This document shows positions 30,672-41,290 of a DNA stretch of 64,000 bases, piece by piece. Position 1 is the first letter of the stretch; the number at the start of each line of letters is the position of its first letter. The position numbers and the translations under genes are program-made. The DNA comes from Candidatus Latescibacterota bacterium (lineage in GTDB: Bacteria; Latescibacterota; UBA2968; UBA8231), in the NCBI GenBank assembly GCA_965200315.1, contig OZ241362.1:3072001-3136000 (forward strand), in the 5' to 3' direction. The notes under the pieces are model-generated. The model had not been told where the DNA came from, did no database searches, and was given only the letters and a program-made list of their open reading frames with translations.

Positions 30672-32078
30672 CTAGCCTTGCCAGTCGGGATTGGGTTGGG
30701 GGATTTGGGCTTCCACTTTTTCGCGCCACTCGCGCAACAGCCCGTGTAGCCGGTCGCGGATTTGCGGCATTTGCTCGGCTAGGTTGTGCTCCTCGCCGAG
30801 GTCGTCGCGCAGGTTGTACAGTTCCAGCCGCCCGTCTTCAAAAAATTCGATCAGCTTGTAGTCGCCGGAGCGCACGGACGAGCCGGGCGTGCCGCCCTGA
30901 TTGCCGTAGTGCGGGTAGTGCCAAAAGATAGCTTCGCGCTCAATGGACTCGGCCCCGCGCATAAGCGGCGCGATGCTGGTGCCGTCGCAATGCTGGGCGG
31001 GGATGGGGTCCAAGCCGGCCAATTCGAGGATCGTCGGGTAGAAGTCCGGGCTAGTTACCGGGACGGGACAGGTGCTGCCAGCGGCGACTCGGCCGGGCCA
31101 GCGCACTAGCAAGGGTTCGCGGGTGCCGCCCTCGTACATCCAGCCCTTGCCCTCGGCTAGCGGCGCGTTGCAGGTCGGCGAGCTTTCGGAGGTGGCGAGG
31201 CCGCCGTTGTCGGAGGTGAAAAACACGACGGTATTGTCGGACTCGCCGAGCGCGTCGAGGAGGTTGAAGAGGCGGCCCAAGTTTTCGTCGAGGCTCTCAA
31301 TCATGGCCGCATAGACCGGATCGGATTGGATGAGCCGCCGTTTGACGCGCTGATCTTGCTTGTGCTCGCAGGGGAAGTACTCCCCCTCGGCAAAGGCTTC
31401 GACTTGATCCAAGCCCAAGGCGCGGACTTTGGCTTCGTACTTGGCGATTTTTTCTCGTTTGGCTTGGATCGGCGTGTGGACTGTATAGTACCAGAGATTC
31501 AAAAAGAAGGGCCGCTCGTCCCGGTTGTTCACCAAGTCGAGTGCTTGGTCGGTCAGGTAGTCGGTTAGGTACGTGCCCTCTGGGACATCGGCATCGGCGA
31601 GCGGAGGGATGGTCCAAGGGCTGAAGTACCCACCCGGCCCCGGCGAGCCTTGGTACGCGCCGCCAATGTTGGCCTCAAAGCCGTGGTCTTCGGGCAGGTG
31701 CCCGTCGCCGCCCAAGTGCCACTTGCCTACGTGCCATGTCTGATAGCCGCCCTCGTTGAGGGCGCGGGCCAGCGAGTGTTCTTGAGTCGGAAGCTGCTTG
31801 AGATACGGCACATCAACGAGCTGGCCATGCGCCGGGTGGATGTGCCCATGCACGTCGATCCAGTCGGTGATGCCGACGGTGGCCGGGTACTTGCCGGTGA
31901 GGATGCTGGCGCGGGTCGGCGAGCAGACCGGGCAGGCCGCGTACGCGTCGGTAAAGCGCATGCCCTCGCGGGCGAGGCGGTCGATGTTGGGCGTTTCGTA
32001 GAAAGAACTGCCGTAGCAGACGAGGTCTTTCCAGCCCATATCGTCGATGAGGATGAAGACGATGTTGGGTCGCGTCAC
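30672..32078 (-). CDS. Sulfatase (arylsulfatase A-like)
   Basis: PNIVFILIDDMG, CSPTR, GKWHLG, TSDNGG, WHYPHY. Confidence 0.93.
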   Translation of the reverse strand: MTRPNIVFILIDDMGWKDLVCYGSSFYETPNIDRLAREGMRFTDAYAACPVCSPTRASILTGKYPATVGITDWIDVHGHIHPAHGQLVDVPYLKQLPTQEHSLARALNEGGYQTWHVGKWHLGGDGHLPEDHGFEANIGGAYQGSPGPGGYFSPWTIPPLADADVPEGTYLTDYLTDQALDLVNNRDERPFFLNLWYYTVHTPIQAKREKIAKYEAKVRALGLDQVEAFAEGEYFPCEHKQDQRVKRRLIQSDPVYAAMIESLDENLGRLFNLLDALGESDNTVVFFTSDNGGLATSESSPTCNAPLAEGKGWMYEGGTREPLLVRWPGRVAAGSTCPVPVTSPDFYPTILELAGLDPIPAQHCDGTSIAPLMRGAESIEREAIFWHYPHYGNQGGTPGSSVRSGDYKLIEFFEDGRLELYNLRDDLGEEHNLAEQMPQIRDRLHGLLREWREKVEAQIPQPNPDWQG

Positions 32079-32557
32079 GCGAGGGCCTCTTCGATGGCGG
32101 CGACCACTGCCGGATCGTTAGGGGTAGTCCGGGGCGCGAAACGGGCCAGCGGTTGGCCGTCCTTGTCGATGAGGAATTTCTCAAAGTTCCAAGAGATGTC
32201 GCCGGGAAAGGCCGCACGCTCGCCCGCGAGATAGGCGTAGAGCGGGTGACGGTTGGGGCCGTTGACCGCGATCTTGCTAAAGAGCGGGAAACTCACGTCG
32301 TAGCGGGTCTGACAGAAGTCGAGGATCTGCTCTTCGCTGCCCGGCTCTTGCCCCCCGAATTGGTTGCAGGGAAAGCCGAGGACCACCAGGCCTTGGGCGG
32401 CGTATTGGCGATGCAGTGCCTCTAGGTCGGCGTATTGCGGGGTCAGGCCGCACTCGCTGGCCACGTTGACGACGAGAAGCGCCTTCCCGGCGTAGTCGGC
32501 GAGGTCGGCGTCTTGGCCGTGGATGGTTTGGGCTGTGAAGTCGTGGACGCTGCTCAT
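32075..32557 (-). CDS. Glutathione peroxidase (Cys-type)
   Basis: VNVASECG, GFPCNQFGGQEP, WNFEKFL. Confidence 0.93.
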   Translation of the reverse strand: MSSVHDFTAQTIHGQDADLADYAGKALLVVNVASECGLTPQYADLEALHRQYAAQGLVVLGFPCNQFGGQEPGSEEQILDFCQTRYDVSFPLFSKIAVNGPNRHPLYAYLAGERAAFPGDISWNFEKFLIDKDGQPLARFAPRTTPNDPAVVAAIEEALA

Positions 32558-32707
32558 GTTTTTCTCCCTGTAATTCAATGGTTCGGTTGAAGTTGGGTTA
32601 GACTCTAATATTGCCACTTATATAGCTTCGTTCAATGCCTGCTGCATATCAGGCTTCTCTTGCCTATCTTTTTACGCCCCTCTAACACAACAGCAGAGAA
32701 AGAGACT

Positions 32708-33520
32708 ATGACCGACCGACCGGCTATCGAGATTTACTCAATCGGCACCGAGCTTCTAAACGGACAGATCCAAGACACCAACTCTTTCTGGATGGCGCAA
32801 CAGATCGCAGCGCTCGGCGGCTATGTGCGTCGGATCGCGATCCTCGACGACGATATGGACGAGTTGACCGGCGTACTCAAAGATGCCTGCCAGCGCGGAA
32901 CCCGGGTGGTGATCACGACCGGAGGGCTTGGGCCGACGCCCGACGACATGACGGTCGCGGCCATCGCCCAGATCATGGGGGTAGGTACAGAAGTCGATGA
33001 AACCTTGGTCAAACACTATATGGAAAGCCGCGGTATCGAAAAGCGTGCCGACGTCAGCGAGGGACTGGTCAAGATGGCGACCAAACCGGAAGGCGCTTGG
33101 GTCCATCCCAACCCAGCGGGTGTGGCTCCCTGCGTGGAGTCGCAGGTCGGCGAGACCACCATTTACAGCTTGCCCGGTCCGCCGCGTGAGGTCGAGGCGC
33201 TGTTCCGCCAGTCGGTAGAGGATGCCCTAGCCGGGATATATGACGATGTGCGCCTCTCGTTGCGGGTTGCCGTCAACCTACCCGAATCGCAGTGCGGTCC
33301 GATCCTGCACAGTGTGATGAGCCAATGCCCCAATACCTACCTCAAAGCCTTCGTCGCGTTGAGCGAGCGCACGGCCGATGGTCAGCGGCTGCCGGTGGAT
33401 ATCGTCGCTTGGGGCAAAAAGGCCGAGGAGGCGCAGGCTCTGCTCGACAAGGCGTTGGCGGAGTTTAAGGTCCAAGCGTTCGAGAAAGGGAGCGAGGTAG
33501 AGCTCCGCGATGAGCAATAA
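32708..33520 (+). CDS. CinA N-terminal / molybdopterin-binding domain protein
   Basis: IGTELLNGQIQDTN, TTGGLGPTPDDMT, LPGPPRE. Confidence 0.85.
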   Translation: MTDRPAIEIYSIGTELLNGQIQDTNSFWMAQQIAALGGYVRRIAILDDDMDELTGVLKDACQRGTRVVITTGGLGPTPDDMTVAAIAQIMGVGTEVDETLVKHYMESRGIEKRADVSEGLVKMATKPEGAWVHPNPAGVAPCVESQVGETTIYSLPGPPREVEALFRQSVEDALAGIYDDVRLSLRVAVNLPESQCGPILHSVMSQCPNTYLKAFVALSERTADGQRLPVDIVAWGKKAEEAQALLDKALAEFKVQAFEKGSEVELRDEQ

Positions 33521-33540
33521 GTCCGCTAAGCAGAGAAATT

Positions 33541-33577
33541 AGAAGCGCCCGATGCCGACGAGACATCGGGCGCTTCT
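33541..33577. terminator. Hairpin terminator between convergent genes
   Basis: AGAAGCGCCCGATG / CATCGGGCGCTTCT 14-bp inverted repeat. Confidence 0.7.
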
Positions 33578-33612
33578 GTATTTGTGCGCTTGGGGCGTCT
33601 TAGGAGCGGCCC

Positions 33613-34443
33613 TCAGCTCGATGCCCGCCGCGCCGCGTCGAGCGCGTCGTAGCAAAATTGCGCCGTGCTCCAGGCGTCGTACCCACCTGCGTTCCATATC
33701 TGGCCGGTGACCTCTGGGCAGAGGTAGGTGTCCCAGCCGGCGTCTTGCAGGGCCTTGCAGTAGGCCTGCATGTCCAGCTTGCCGCTGCCAGGCAGGAGAT
33801 AGCGGACCCGCCTCTCTTCGTCGAGATAGCCGTCCTTGATGTGGTTGTGGACTGAATACTGGAGATTCAGGTCAATTGAGTGCTGCAAGTCGATGCCCTC
33901 GACCCAGAAGTGGCTGTAGTCGAAATTGAGGCCGAGATGCGGATGATTGGTTTGCTGCATGAGCCAAGCGGCCTTTTCCGGTGTTTCAAAGTCGTCGCCC
34001 GCATGTGGCTCTATGGCGACGATGACGTCGTATTCGGCGGCCATATCGGCCACTTCGAGTACTAGCTCGACGATGCGCTCTTTGCCGGTCTCCCAGGCGG
34101 GTTTGGGATGGCCGAGGGTGGTGCTGACGATCATTGGGCGGTCGTCGAGCCGGAGCGTGCGGCTCAGTTCAAAGGTCGCCCTGAACTGAGCCAGTGCGGC
34201 GGCGCGTCCCTCGCCTTCGACGCAGGGCGAAAGCAGGGCCATTAGCGCCGGCGTGGGGAAGCCGAGCTGGCGGAAGAGGTCGGCGAGCCTTTTGCGTGCG
34301 GCCGCGTCCATGTTGGCCGGCTCGGTCGGCCAGCCGGGGGTAACGGCGATTTCCATGCCCTCGTAGCCCATGTCGGCGAGGCGCGGCAGGGCTTCAAAGA
34401 CGTCGAGTTGCTTCATGCCATAGGTGCTGTAGTAGAGTTTCAT
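33613..34443 (-). CDS. Sugar phosphate isomerase/epimerase (xylose isomerase-like TIM barrel)
   Basis: Real start MKLYYSTYG; AIEPH, NFDYSH, HNHIKD, PGSG; the longer ORF-track extension is spurious. Confidence 0.85.
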   Translation of the reverse strand: MKLYYSTYGMKQLDVFEALPRLADMGYEGMEIAVTPGWPTEPANMDAAARKRLADLFRQLGFPTPALMALLSPCVEGEGRAAALAQFRATFELSRTLRLDDRPMIVSTTLGHPKPAWETGKERIVELVLEVADMAAEYDVIVAIEPHAGDDFETPEKAAWLMQQTNHPHLGLNFDYSHFWVEGIDLQHSIDLNLQYSVHNHIKDGYLDEERRVRYLLPGSGKLDMQAYCKALQDAGWDTYLCPEVTGQIWNAGGYDAWSTAQFCYDALDAARRASS

Positions 34444-34579
34444 GCGGGGACGGCCTCCTGTTGTACGCCCATGCGCTCGCGCTCGGCGATGAACAAGTTG
34501 AGCCAGTGTTTTATGTAGGGCCCGTGGTCGTGCCAAGTGCCGACGATGATGAGGACTTTGGCGGGCGGCAAATGAGCGT

Positions 34580-34912
34580 TCATGCTGCGCCGAACCATTC
34601 GTCGGCCTTCTGTTTGGCTTGCTCGACGATTTCCGGGGTGATATGCGCGGCGACCGTTGCGAATGCCGCGTACAATGCTCCGATATCGTCGGTATAGCCG
34701 GCAACTGGTATATAATCGGGTATGGCATCCAGGGGGAGGATGAAATAGGCCAATGCCCCATAGATATGAAGTTTCGCCTGTGAGGGCGTCTCAGGGGCTT
34801 GCGCCGCGTAGAATAGCTGAAGAGCTTTCTCGACGACCTCGCGCCCGGCGGCTTTTGCATACTTGGCGAGCTTGTCCCAAAAGCCTGCTTCCGAATAGGA
34901 TCGATAATCCAC
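34580..34912 (-). CDS. DUF1232 (YkvA) family protein
   Basis: FWDKLAKYAK, GALAYFILPLDAIPDYIPVAGYTDD. Confidence 0.9.
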   Translation of the reverse strand: MDYRSYSEAGFWDKLAKYAKAAGREVVEKALQLFYAAQAPETPSQAKLHIYGALAYFILPLDAIPDYIPVAGYTDDIGALYAAFATVAAHITPEIVEQAKQKADEWFGAA

Positions 34913-35034
34913 GAGTTGGTCCTCCTTATCTTTGGAGTGATATAAAGGGATACATTTTTCGCGCCGGAGAGATTAACGCGCCATATTGGGTTCGTCAAGC
35001 TGTAAGCACATCGCAACGACGCAAGGAGGTTATC

Positions 35035-35904
35035 GTGGAATATCGCCGCTTTGGACAGACGGACATGGAGCTGAGCACCGTGGGCTTGGGCGGGCTGTTG
35101 GCCCGCTACGAGGGCGTCAACGGCCATCCGCCGCCCGAGGAGAAACGCCGGATTTACCTGCGGGCCGCCGAGCTGGGCGTCAATCTCTTCGACATGGGTT
35201 ACGGCGACGAGGTCCACATCCCCGCCGAGCTGAAAGGCCCTCGGGACGACCGCTTCTTCTCGCTCAAGGTCGGGGCACCCGCAGCCGCTGAGGTGGAGGA
35301 AACTATCGACAAGCACCTCGCCAATGTGCGCCGCGAAGCCATCGATATTTTGCGGGTACACCACTATGCCTATTTGCAAAACGAGGGTTTGGCCGAGCGC
35401 ATCGCCGAGTGCAAAGCCAAAGGCAAAGTGCGCGCCTTGTGCTTGATTCGGCACATGCTGGCCGATCAACAAGCCTATGCCGCGCGCGGCCCCGAACCCG
35501 AGGCGGACGCCGATTTGGTCATCTACAACTACGTCTGCCGCTGGCAGGCCCCGGGCATTGCGGCGTCGGCGCAGGCCGGGAAGGGCGTACTGATTATGAA
35601 GGCCTTGGGCGGCCAGTGGCTTAGCTGGGCCGACAAAACGCAGACCGACTGGTCGGCCGTGGACGAGTCAAAGGTCGAGGAGCTGTCGCCGAGGGGCGAA
35701 GGCATTCGCAGAGAGCTGCCGCTGGTCTATCCGATTGTTTCAGGCCCTTGGCACGAGTTGGCCGAGCCGGGCGAGTTGGTGCCGCGCACCGAACGGGCGA
35801 TACAGTGGGTGCTGGCGACCGAGGGGGTGCATTGCACCTTAGTGGCCTTTGCCAGCGTCGAGGAATTGGAGGAAGGGTTGGGGGTGATGGAGATAAGCGC
35901 CTGA
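35035..35904 (+). CDS. Aldo/keto reductase-like protein
   Basis: AAGGAGG RBS, GTG start, YRRFGQTDMELSTVGLG, GVNLFD, IMKALGG. Confidence 0.75.
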   Translation: MEYRRFGQTDMELSTVGLGGLLARYEGVNGHPPPEEKRRIYLRAAELGVNLFDMGYGDEVHIPAELKGPRDDRFFSLKVGAPAAAEVEETIDKHLANVRREAIDILRVHHYAYLQNEGLAERIAECKAKGKVRALCLIRHMLADQQAYAARGPEPEADADLVIYNYVCRWQAPGIAASAQAGKGVLIMKALGGQWLSWADKTQTDWSAVDESKVEELSPRGEGIRRELPLVYPIVSGPWHELAEPGELVPRTERAIQWVLATEGVHCTLVAFASVEELEEGLGVMEISA

Positions 35905-35930
35905 GATACCGATTCCGCATCTCAAATCGT

Positions 35931-36025
35931 GCAAGTCATGTAGGATGGCTATATGAGCTTGTCCTTGCGGTTGCGCTCAAGGCAAGCTTTGAGCGAAGCC
36001 GAAGGAATGCTCCGCTCCACATGAC
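35931..36025. repeat. MITE end plus degenerate REP-like repeat
   Basis: Reverse complement of 35931-35954 is ATATAGCCATCCTACATGACTTGC, 23/24 identical to 3292-3315. Confidence 0.6.
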
Positions 36026-36057
36026 CAGATTGGTCGTGGCGGGCGTAGGACTAGCTT

Positions 36058-37172
36058 TCAGTAGGCCACGGAAACGATTCGGCTGACTTGGTCGGTGCGC
36101 GCGTCGCCGCTGACCTCGACGCGCAGGACGTAGTTTCCCGGGGCTACTAGACCGCCAGTGTGGTCACGTCCGTCCCATTCCAAGGCCACTCGTCCGGCCA
36201 CTTGCTCCTCTTCGCTCAAAGGATGCACCCGCCGCCCGGTCAGGTCGAAAATGGCCACTCGCACGGTGCGCGGGTCTAGCACTTTGAGCAGATTGAATTC
36301 GAGTGCGAGTCGGTCGCCAACGCCGTCGCCGTTGGGAGTTAGCAACTGGGTTGAGATGATCAGGTTATCGAGCAGACCGGGGTCCGCGGGCAGAGCTACG
36401 GACACCGTCTCGCTCGCTACGGCCTCGCTGGCATCCCCCGCGTCAACCTGCTGCACCTGACCCTCCAGACTGCTGTTGAAGAGCAAAGCGTCAAAACGAG
36501 TCTGGTTGAGGTAGAGCGTACTCTCGAAGCCAATCTCCAAAAGCCCCGAGTGCCGCACGGCGTGGTCGAGGACGAGCAAGGTCCCGTCGTCCCGCTCCTC
36601 GACTTGGACAGCGGTTTCTTCCCCGTTGATGCGCAAGGTACTAAAGCGCACTGCCGCTGACGAACTCAGCAGGATTTGGTCGAATCCCCGGTTGGCCGAA
36701 GTTGCGGTTGCGCGGAGGAAATAGGTGAAATTTTGCGGTGCGCCCGGCTCGACCTCGGCCGGGTAGATTTCCGCCTGCGTCTGTTGCATCAGCGGCGGGT
36801 GGTGCGCGCCGAGACCACCCGGCCTAGATCGACCTCTATCCACCAGTCTTCCAGCGGAGCTTCTGCGGCAGGCGTCCAAGCTGTCTCTATGTCTCCGTCT
36901 ATCAGCAGGGCAGCGCGATTCAAAGCGGTGCCCGCGGCGCGGATGCCGCCGCCAAAAGTCGCGGCGTTTTGCACCGCGTCGATATTCTGGCGCACGAACG
37001 CGGGTTTGAGCGCACCATCGGCGACATCGACCGCGTCGCCGGGCAGCGTCCACTCGCTCCAGCCGCCCGGGCCGCCGAGGCGCAGTTCCTCGGCTCTGGG
37101 GGCTTGGACAGCGAGCAGGAGCGTGCCCAGTGATAGGTACGTGCGGATTTTTGTCGCTAAACGATCGCACAT
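36058..37172 (-). pseudogene. Internally deleted, frameshifted secreted FlgD-Ig/TPNGDG family protein
   Basis: Signal peptide and WWIEVDLGR N-terminus in one frame; PPLMQQTQAEIYP...TPNGDGVGD...WDGRD..VSVAY* in another; paralogous to 48066-50408. Confidence 0.8.
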
Positions 37173-37178
37173 CTCAGG

Positions 37179-37216
37179 AGATTCTTCGACTCCGCTGCGC
37201 TACGCTCAGAATGACA
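37179..37216. repeat. REP-like repeat (same class as 7900)
   Basis: AGATTCTTCGACTCCGCTGCGCTACGCTCAGAATGACA. Confidence 0.6.
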
Positions 37217-37276
37217 GAGCAATATCACAGAGCATAGCTTCACCGTTTATTTATTTTTAACGGCTATAGCGGCAGG

Positions 37277-38254
37277 CTAATTCGCGTACACGGCCTCGCG
37301 CAACCCCTTGATATAGCCGATGGCGAACAAGCGCCCGATTGACGAATAGCCCGGCTGGTCGTTTCGGTCGCCCTCCATCGTTGGCACGTGGTCGGGGCGC
37401 AGGACGCCTTCAAAGCCAATGTCGCGGTAGGCTTCCATGCAGGCGCGCATGTCGGTCTTGCCCTCGTCGTGGAAGGTCTCGACGAATTTTTCGGGTGTGC
37501 CGCGCACGTCGCGGAAGTGGACGAAGTAGATGCGGTCGCCAAAGTGGCGGATGACGCCGGGCAAGTCGTCGGTCATCAGGGTAAAGTTGCCTTGGCATAG
37601 GCAGATGCCGTTGGCCGGGCTGGGCACTAGGTCGATGAGCTTCTGGTAGTTTTCAACGCTGCGCATGATCCGCCCCATGCCTCGGAGGGGCGACAGCGGC
37701 GGGTCGTCGGGGTGCATGGCGAGTTTGACGCCGGCTTCCTCGGCGACCGGCACGACCTTTTCAAGGAAGTACTTCAGGTTGTCCCAAAGCTGCTCTTCGG
37801 CGACGACGCCGGCGTCGGTCAGAGGCGCGTTTTCCATCAGCTCGTTGTCAAAGCCGGTGACCATGGCGCCGCCGCGTCCGGGTGCCGCCATTGAGGTGCG
37901 GGTCCAGTTGAGCACGGGCATCCACTCGGGGCACCAGACCGGAATGCCGACCTTGCCCATGTTGCGAATCAGCTCGCAGGCGTATTCGATCTCTTCGTCG
38001 CGGTCGGAGAGGCCGAGCTTGGCCTTGTTGAGCGGCGGGCGGGCCTCGATTACGTCGAGGGAGAAGCCGCCGTCGTTAAACGCGGTCTTCATCCGCACGA
38101 GGTTGGTGAAGCTCCAGGGCCGTTGCTCGGGGTGGATGTCGGCGGGATCGCCGGGTGTGGAGAAGCCGCCGACTACGTGGTCAACGCCGCATTGCTTGAC
38201 CATACGCCACAGCGGCGTGGGATGATCGGGCAGGACTTCGGCAATTTTGATCAT
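37277..38254 (-). CDS. uxuA: Mannonate dehydratase family protein (second copy)
   Basis: LAMHPDDPP, CLCQGNF, VHFRDV, RPDHVP, RLFAIGYIKGL. Confidence 0.85.
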   Translation of the reverse strand: MIKIAEVLPDHPTPLWRMVKQCGVDHVVGGFSTPGDPADIHPEQRPWSFTNLVRMKTAFNDGGFSLDVIEARPPLNKAKLGLSDRDEEIEYACELIRNMGKVGIPVWCPEWMPVLNWTRTSMAAPGRGGAMVTGFDNELMENAPLTDAGVVAEEQLWDNLKYFLEKVVPVAEEAGVKLAMHPDDPPLSPLRGMGRIMRSVENYQKLIDLVPSPANGICLCQGNFTLMTDDLPGVIRHFGDRIYFVHFRDVRGTPEKFVETFHDEGKTDMRACMEAYRDIGFEGVLRPDHVPTMEGDRNDQPGYSSIGRLFAIGYIKGLREAVYAN

Positions 38255-38599
38255 GGAAAATCTCCTTTGGATACGCCGTCTTGCGTCGCCCATGCGGGCG
38301 ACGGGAAGCGAGGCGGTAGAGGAAAAGGGAGCGGTCTGAGTGATGGGCGCGAAAGATTCCTGATTGAAGGCCATAAAGGGGTAGTGTATCAGTTTGAAAA
38401 TTTCAGCCCTTTGATTAAAAGAAAAAACATCCAAGAAAATTCAAACTGATACACTACCTTACTTTCTTCTGTAGAGTCGTAGTAATATAGCACATGAGAT
38501 GATGCTCTCACTTCAAATGGAAACCAGTCGCTGGGGCAGTGGAGCTCCCCTCTCGGTAGTGAGTCATTTCAGCGATTCTTCGTAACGAGGCAGTTTCAG

Positions 38600-38968
38600 T
38601 CAGTACTCAAGTCCGGCAATATTGCGAAAACGGTGTCGTCCCGTTTCGACAACGACAAATGCTTCTTTCAGTTCTGATTGGGAGTACGTTTCTAAAACAC
38701 GTTTCAGCTCCTTGTGAACCGCAGATAGATTTGTGGTATTAAGCCGCAGATAGATGACCCCTGAGCCTGCATGGTAAACAAACACAAGACGACCAAAATC
38801 TCTATCTCGGGTTACAAGAAGCCTGCCATCGTCACGCGCAACGCGCAACAACTTACTATCGTCGGTTTGTCCATGTCCCGATGTACCAGCGGTGACGACA
38901 TCATGCCCAAGGTCTTCGAGGAATCGAGCTGTAATCGCATAGACGTCGTGATCGAGAAATAACCTCAT
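38600..38968 (-). CDS. DUF5615 PIN-like toxin
   Basis: MRLFLDHDV, GHDVV, LLVTRDRDFG. Confidence 0.85.
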   Translation of the reverse strand: MRLFLDHDVYAITARFLEDLGHDVVTAGTSGHGQTDDSKLLRVARDDGRLLVTRDRDFGRLVFVYHAGSGVIYLRLNTTNLSAVHKELKRVLETYSQSELKEAFVVVETGRHRFRNIAGLEY

Positions 38969-38973
38969 CGTAC

Positions 38974-39210
38974 CTATGCAATATGAATATCTTCGACCTG
39001 CACCACGTCAATCGCATAATGGATACAGGCACGTATGTCGTCTTCTTGCAGGTCGGGGAAATAATCAGAGAGAATGGTCTTAAACGAGAGCTCCTCACGC
39101 ACTAATTCGAGAACGTCAACTACGGGAATCCGAGTTCCTGCAACACAGGGCTTGCCAAAGTGAATTTGCGGATCAACAGCAATCCTGCTTCGATAATTTC
39201 CATTGTCCAT
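38974..39210 (-). CDS. DUF433 antitoxin
   Basis: IAVDPQIHFGKPCVAGTRIPV, EDDIRACIHYA. Confidence 0.9.
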   Translation of the reverse strand: MDNGNYRSRIAVDPQIHFGKPCVAGTRIPVVDVLELVREELSFKTILSDYFPDLQEDDIRACIHYAIDVVQVEDIHIA

Positions 39211-39842
39211 ATCACTTAGACTCCAACGTAACTTTGTCCCGTGTTTGCGGACGGGGCTCCGCCTGCTTTTCAGACTATCTTGATTCTTTCAGGCAAGATA
39301 TCCTAAAGCTAAAACAGCGTCAACGAACTCTCAGAAGCGTTTTTGCTCTGTTGAAAGCCCCCGTTAATTTTTCGTATGGTTCCCTTGGCATTGACGTAGA
39401 TAGGCACATAACGGAATAAGCGTCGAGGGGATTAACTCGACAAAACATCCATAGCGAACGAACCGAGGAAAAGCCCCGCTAAGGTGCCTACAGACATGAT
39501 GCTAGTAGAAGGCTTTGAACGTGCGATACTGGGACTGGTGCTCCCCAACCAAATCAACAGCGTCATGATCTCACTCAAACACAGTTGACCACGACGACGA
39601 TGCCGACCCCGGTCGTTATTTGATGGAGTATCTAGGGGCCTTCAAAGGCTTGGCAAAAGTCATCGACGTGGCAAAACAATGCGGCCCCAATGCTGGTGGG
39701 GCCGGACAGCACGACTAAATTCATCGCGGGGGCTTCTTGATGACTGAACGGTAGGGATGGCGTACCTAAGTTTAGCCAAAAAGGAGTCCCTCACCTTATC
39801 CCGAACTCACGTCACTGTTAGGCGAAGTGGGGTCAACATAGC

Positions 39843-40340
39843 TCAGCGAATAAACGGGTACACTAGGCCGGTCAGGGCGTCCGCGATGCGGATACGGTGC
39901 GAGAGCAAGGTCTGGGCGGGCAGGGCATCGGGAGCAACATAGCCGATGTTTGTGCTCTCCGAGGAAAGCTGCAATGCGCCGGCAATGGGTTCGCAGATAA
40001 AGACGTGGGTGACGTAGTGGACGATGGTGCCGTCGGGATAGCGCATAAACGGGTAGCTCTCCGGCTCGGAGTAAATCCCAATCAGCCGCTCGACGTGTAC
40101 CTCCAAGCCCGTTTCCTCATAGACTTCGCGCACCACGGTCTGCTCGACGGATTCGCCGAGTTCGACATTGCCGCCGGGCAGGCCCCAAAAGCCGTTGTCC
40201 GCGCGCTGTTGCAGCAGGATTTTGCCGGTCTTGTCGCGGATAAAGCCATTGGCGGCCACGCCGAGCCGGTCTGGCATTTTCGCGAGCGGCGCGCCCGTGC
40301 TGTCGCACCATTGGGTATAGTCGAACTTCTCTGCATTCAT
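39843..40340 (-). CDS. NUDIX hydrolase
   Basis: Nudix box PGGNVELGESVEQTVVREVYEETGL. Confidence 0.92.
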   Translation of the reverse strand: MNAEKFDYTQWCDSTGAPLAKMPDRLGVAANGFIRDKTGKILLQQRADNGFWGLPGGNVELGESVEQTVVREVYEETGLEVHVERLIGIYSEPESYPFMRYPDGTIVHYVTHVFICEPIAGALQLSSESTNIGYVAPDALPAQTLLSHRIRIADALTGLVYPFIR

Positions 40341-40342
40341 GG

Positions 40343-41290
40343 CTATTGCGAAAGCGGCCCATAGGCGCTGATAGCCGAGTCGTGGAAGAGCGCCCGGCGC
40401 TCGTCGTTTGAAAAGCCGGTGCTCCACTCGAGGAACTTGGCGTAGAGGTAGCCGATGCTAATGCCCCGCAGCTTATCGACTGGATAGTTGCTGGCAAACA
40501 TGCAGCGGTTACAGCCAAAGCGTTCGATCAGCTCTTGGACAACTGCGGCGATTTTGGCCTCTTTGGCCGCGTCCTCGTGGAAGGCGTCCCGTGCAAACCA
40601 CGCCATCGATAGCTTCATATAGACGTTGGGCAATGCGGCTAACGCGGCCATGCCTTCGCGCCACAGCTCTTCGTGCGCCTGATCCTCGCCGTCGTGGAGG
40701 AAGCCGAGGTGGTTGGTGACGACGCAGAGGTTGGGGAAGTCGCGGAAAACCGCGACCGCGGCGGCCACTTGGTGGGGATTACAGGAAAGGTCGAAGGCGA
40801 GGTTGTGGCGTTCTAAGAGCGCTAAGCCCTCGCGAAAGCTACTACTCTGCAACACGCCGTCTTCTACTTGCGGCCAAGTCAAGTCGGGATTGTCGGGATG
40901 GTGGTTGAGGATCATGCGCACGCCGCACAGACGGCCCTTAGCGGCCGCTAGATGTTGTTCAATGGTGCGCTCGGCCGCGGCATTGTCGCGTCCCAGATGC
41001 ACGTACGCGACAATGCCAAAGGGCTGTTCTGCCGCGCTCGGTTCGAGTTGGCCGCGCACCCAGCGGGTTTCTTCTAAGGTATCGACGGGGATGCCGTTAG
41101 GCACTTGGCCGACGACGGTTTCGACGTGGACGCCGCTGACCCGCCGTAACTCAGGGGGTAGTTCGCTCATGTCTTGGGCGTAGTCGTCGGCTCGGTACGC
41201 TGGCATGACGTCACCGAGGTTGGGATTGGGCCGCTCGGCTAGGTCCCAGAGGTGAAAGTGAGGGTCGCACAGGGGAATGGGAGTCTGCAT
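40343..41290 (-). CDS. Amidohydrolase 2 family protein (lactonase-like)
   Basis: DPHFHLWD, VTNHLG, NVYMKLS, FASNYPVD. Confidence 0.88.
   Translation of the reverse strand: MQTPIPLCDPHFHLWDLAERPNPNLGDVMPAYRADDYAQDMSELPPELRRVSGVHVETVVGQVPNGIPVDTLEETRWVRGQLEPSAAEQPFGIVAYVHLGRDNAAAERTIEQHLAAAKGRLCGVRMILNHHPDNPDLTWPQVEDGVLQSSSFREGLALLERHNLAFDLSCNPHQVAAAVAVFRDFPNLCVVTNHLGFLHDGEDQAHEELWREGMAALAALPNVYMKLSMAWFARDAFHEDAAKEAKIAAVVQELIERFGCNRCMFASNYPVDKLRGISIGYLYAKFLEWSTGFSNDERRALFHDSAISAYGPLSQ

Noticed and set aside
32075-32557. Possible selenocysteine glutathione peroxidase
   Set aside because: The active-site codon is TGC (Cys), not TGA.
33613-35472. 619-aa ORF
   Set aside because: The 5' extension overlaps a real opposite-strand gene and DUF1232; only 33613-34443 has family motifs.
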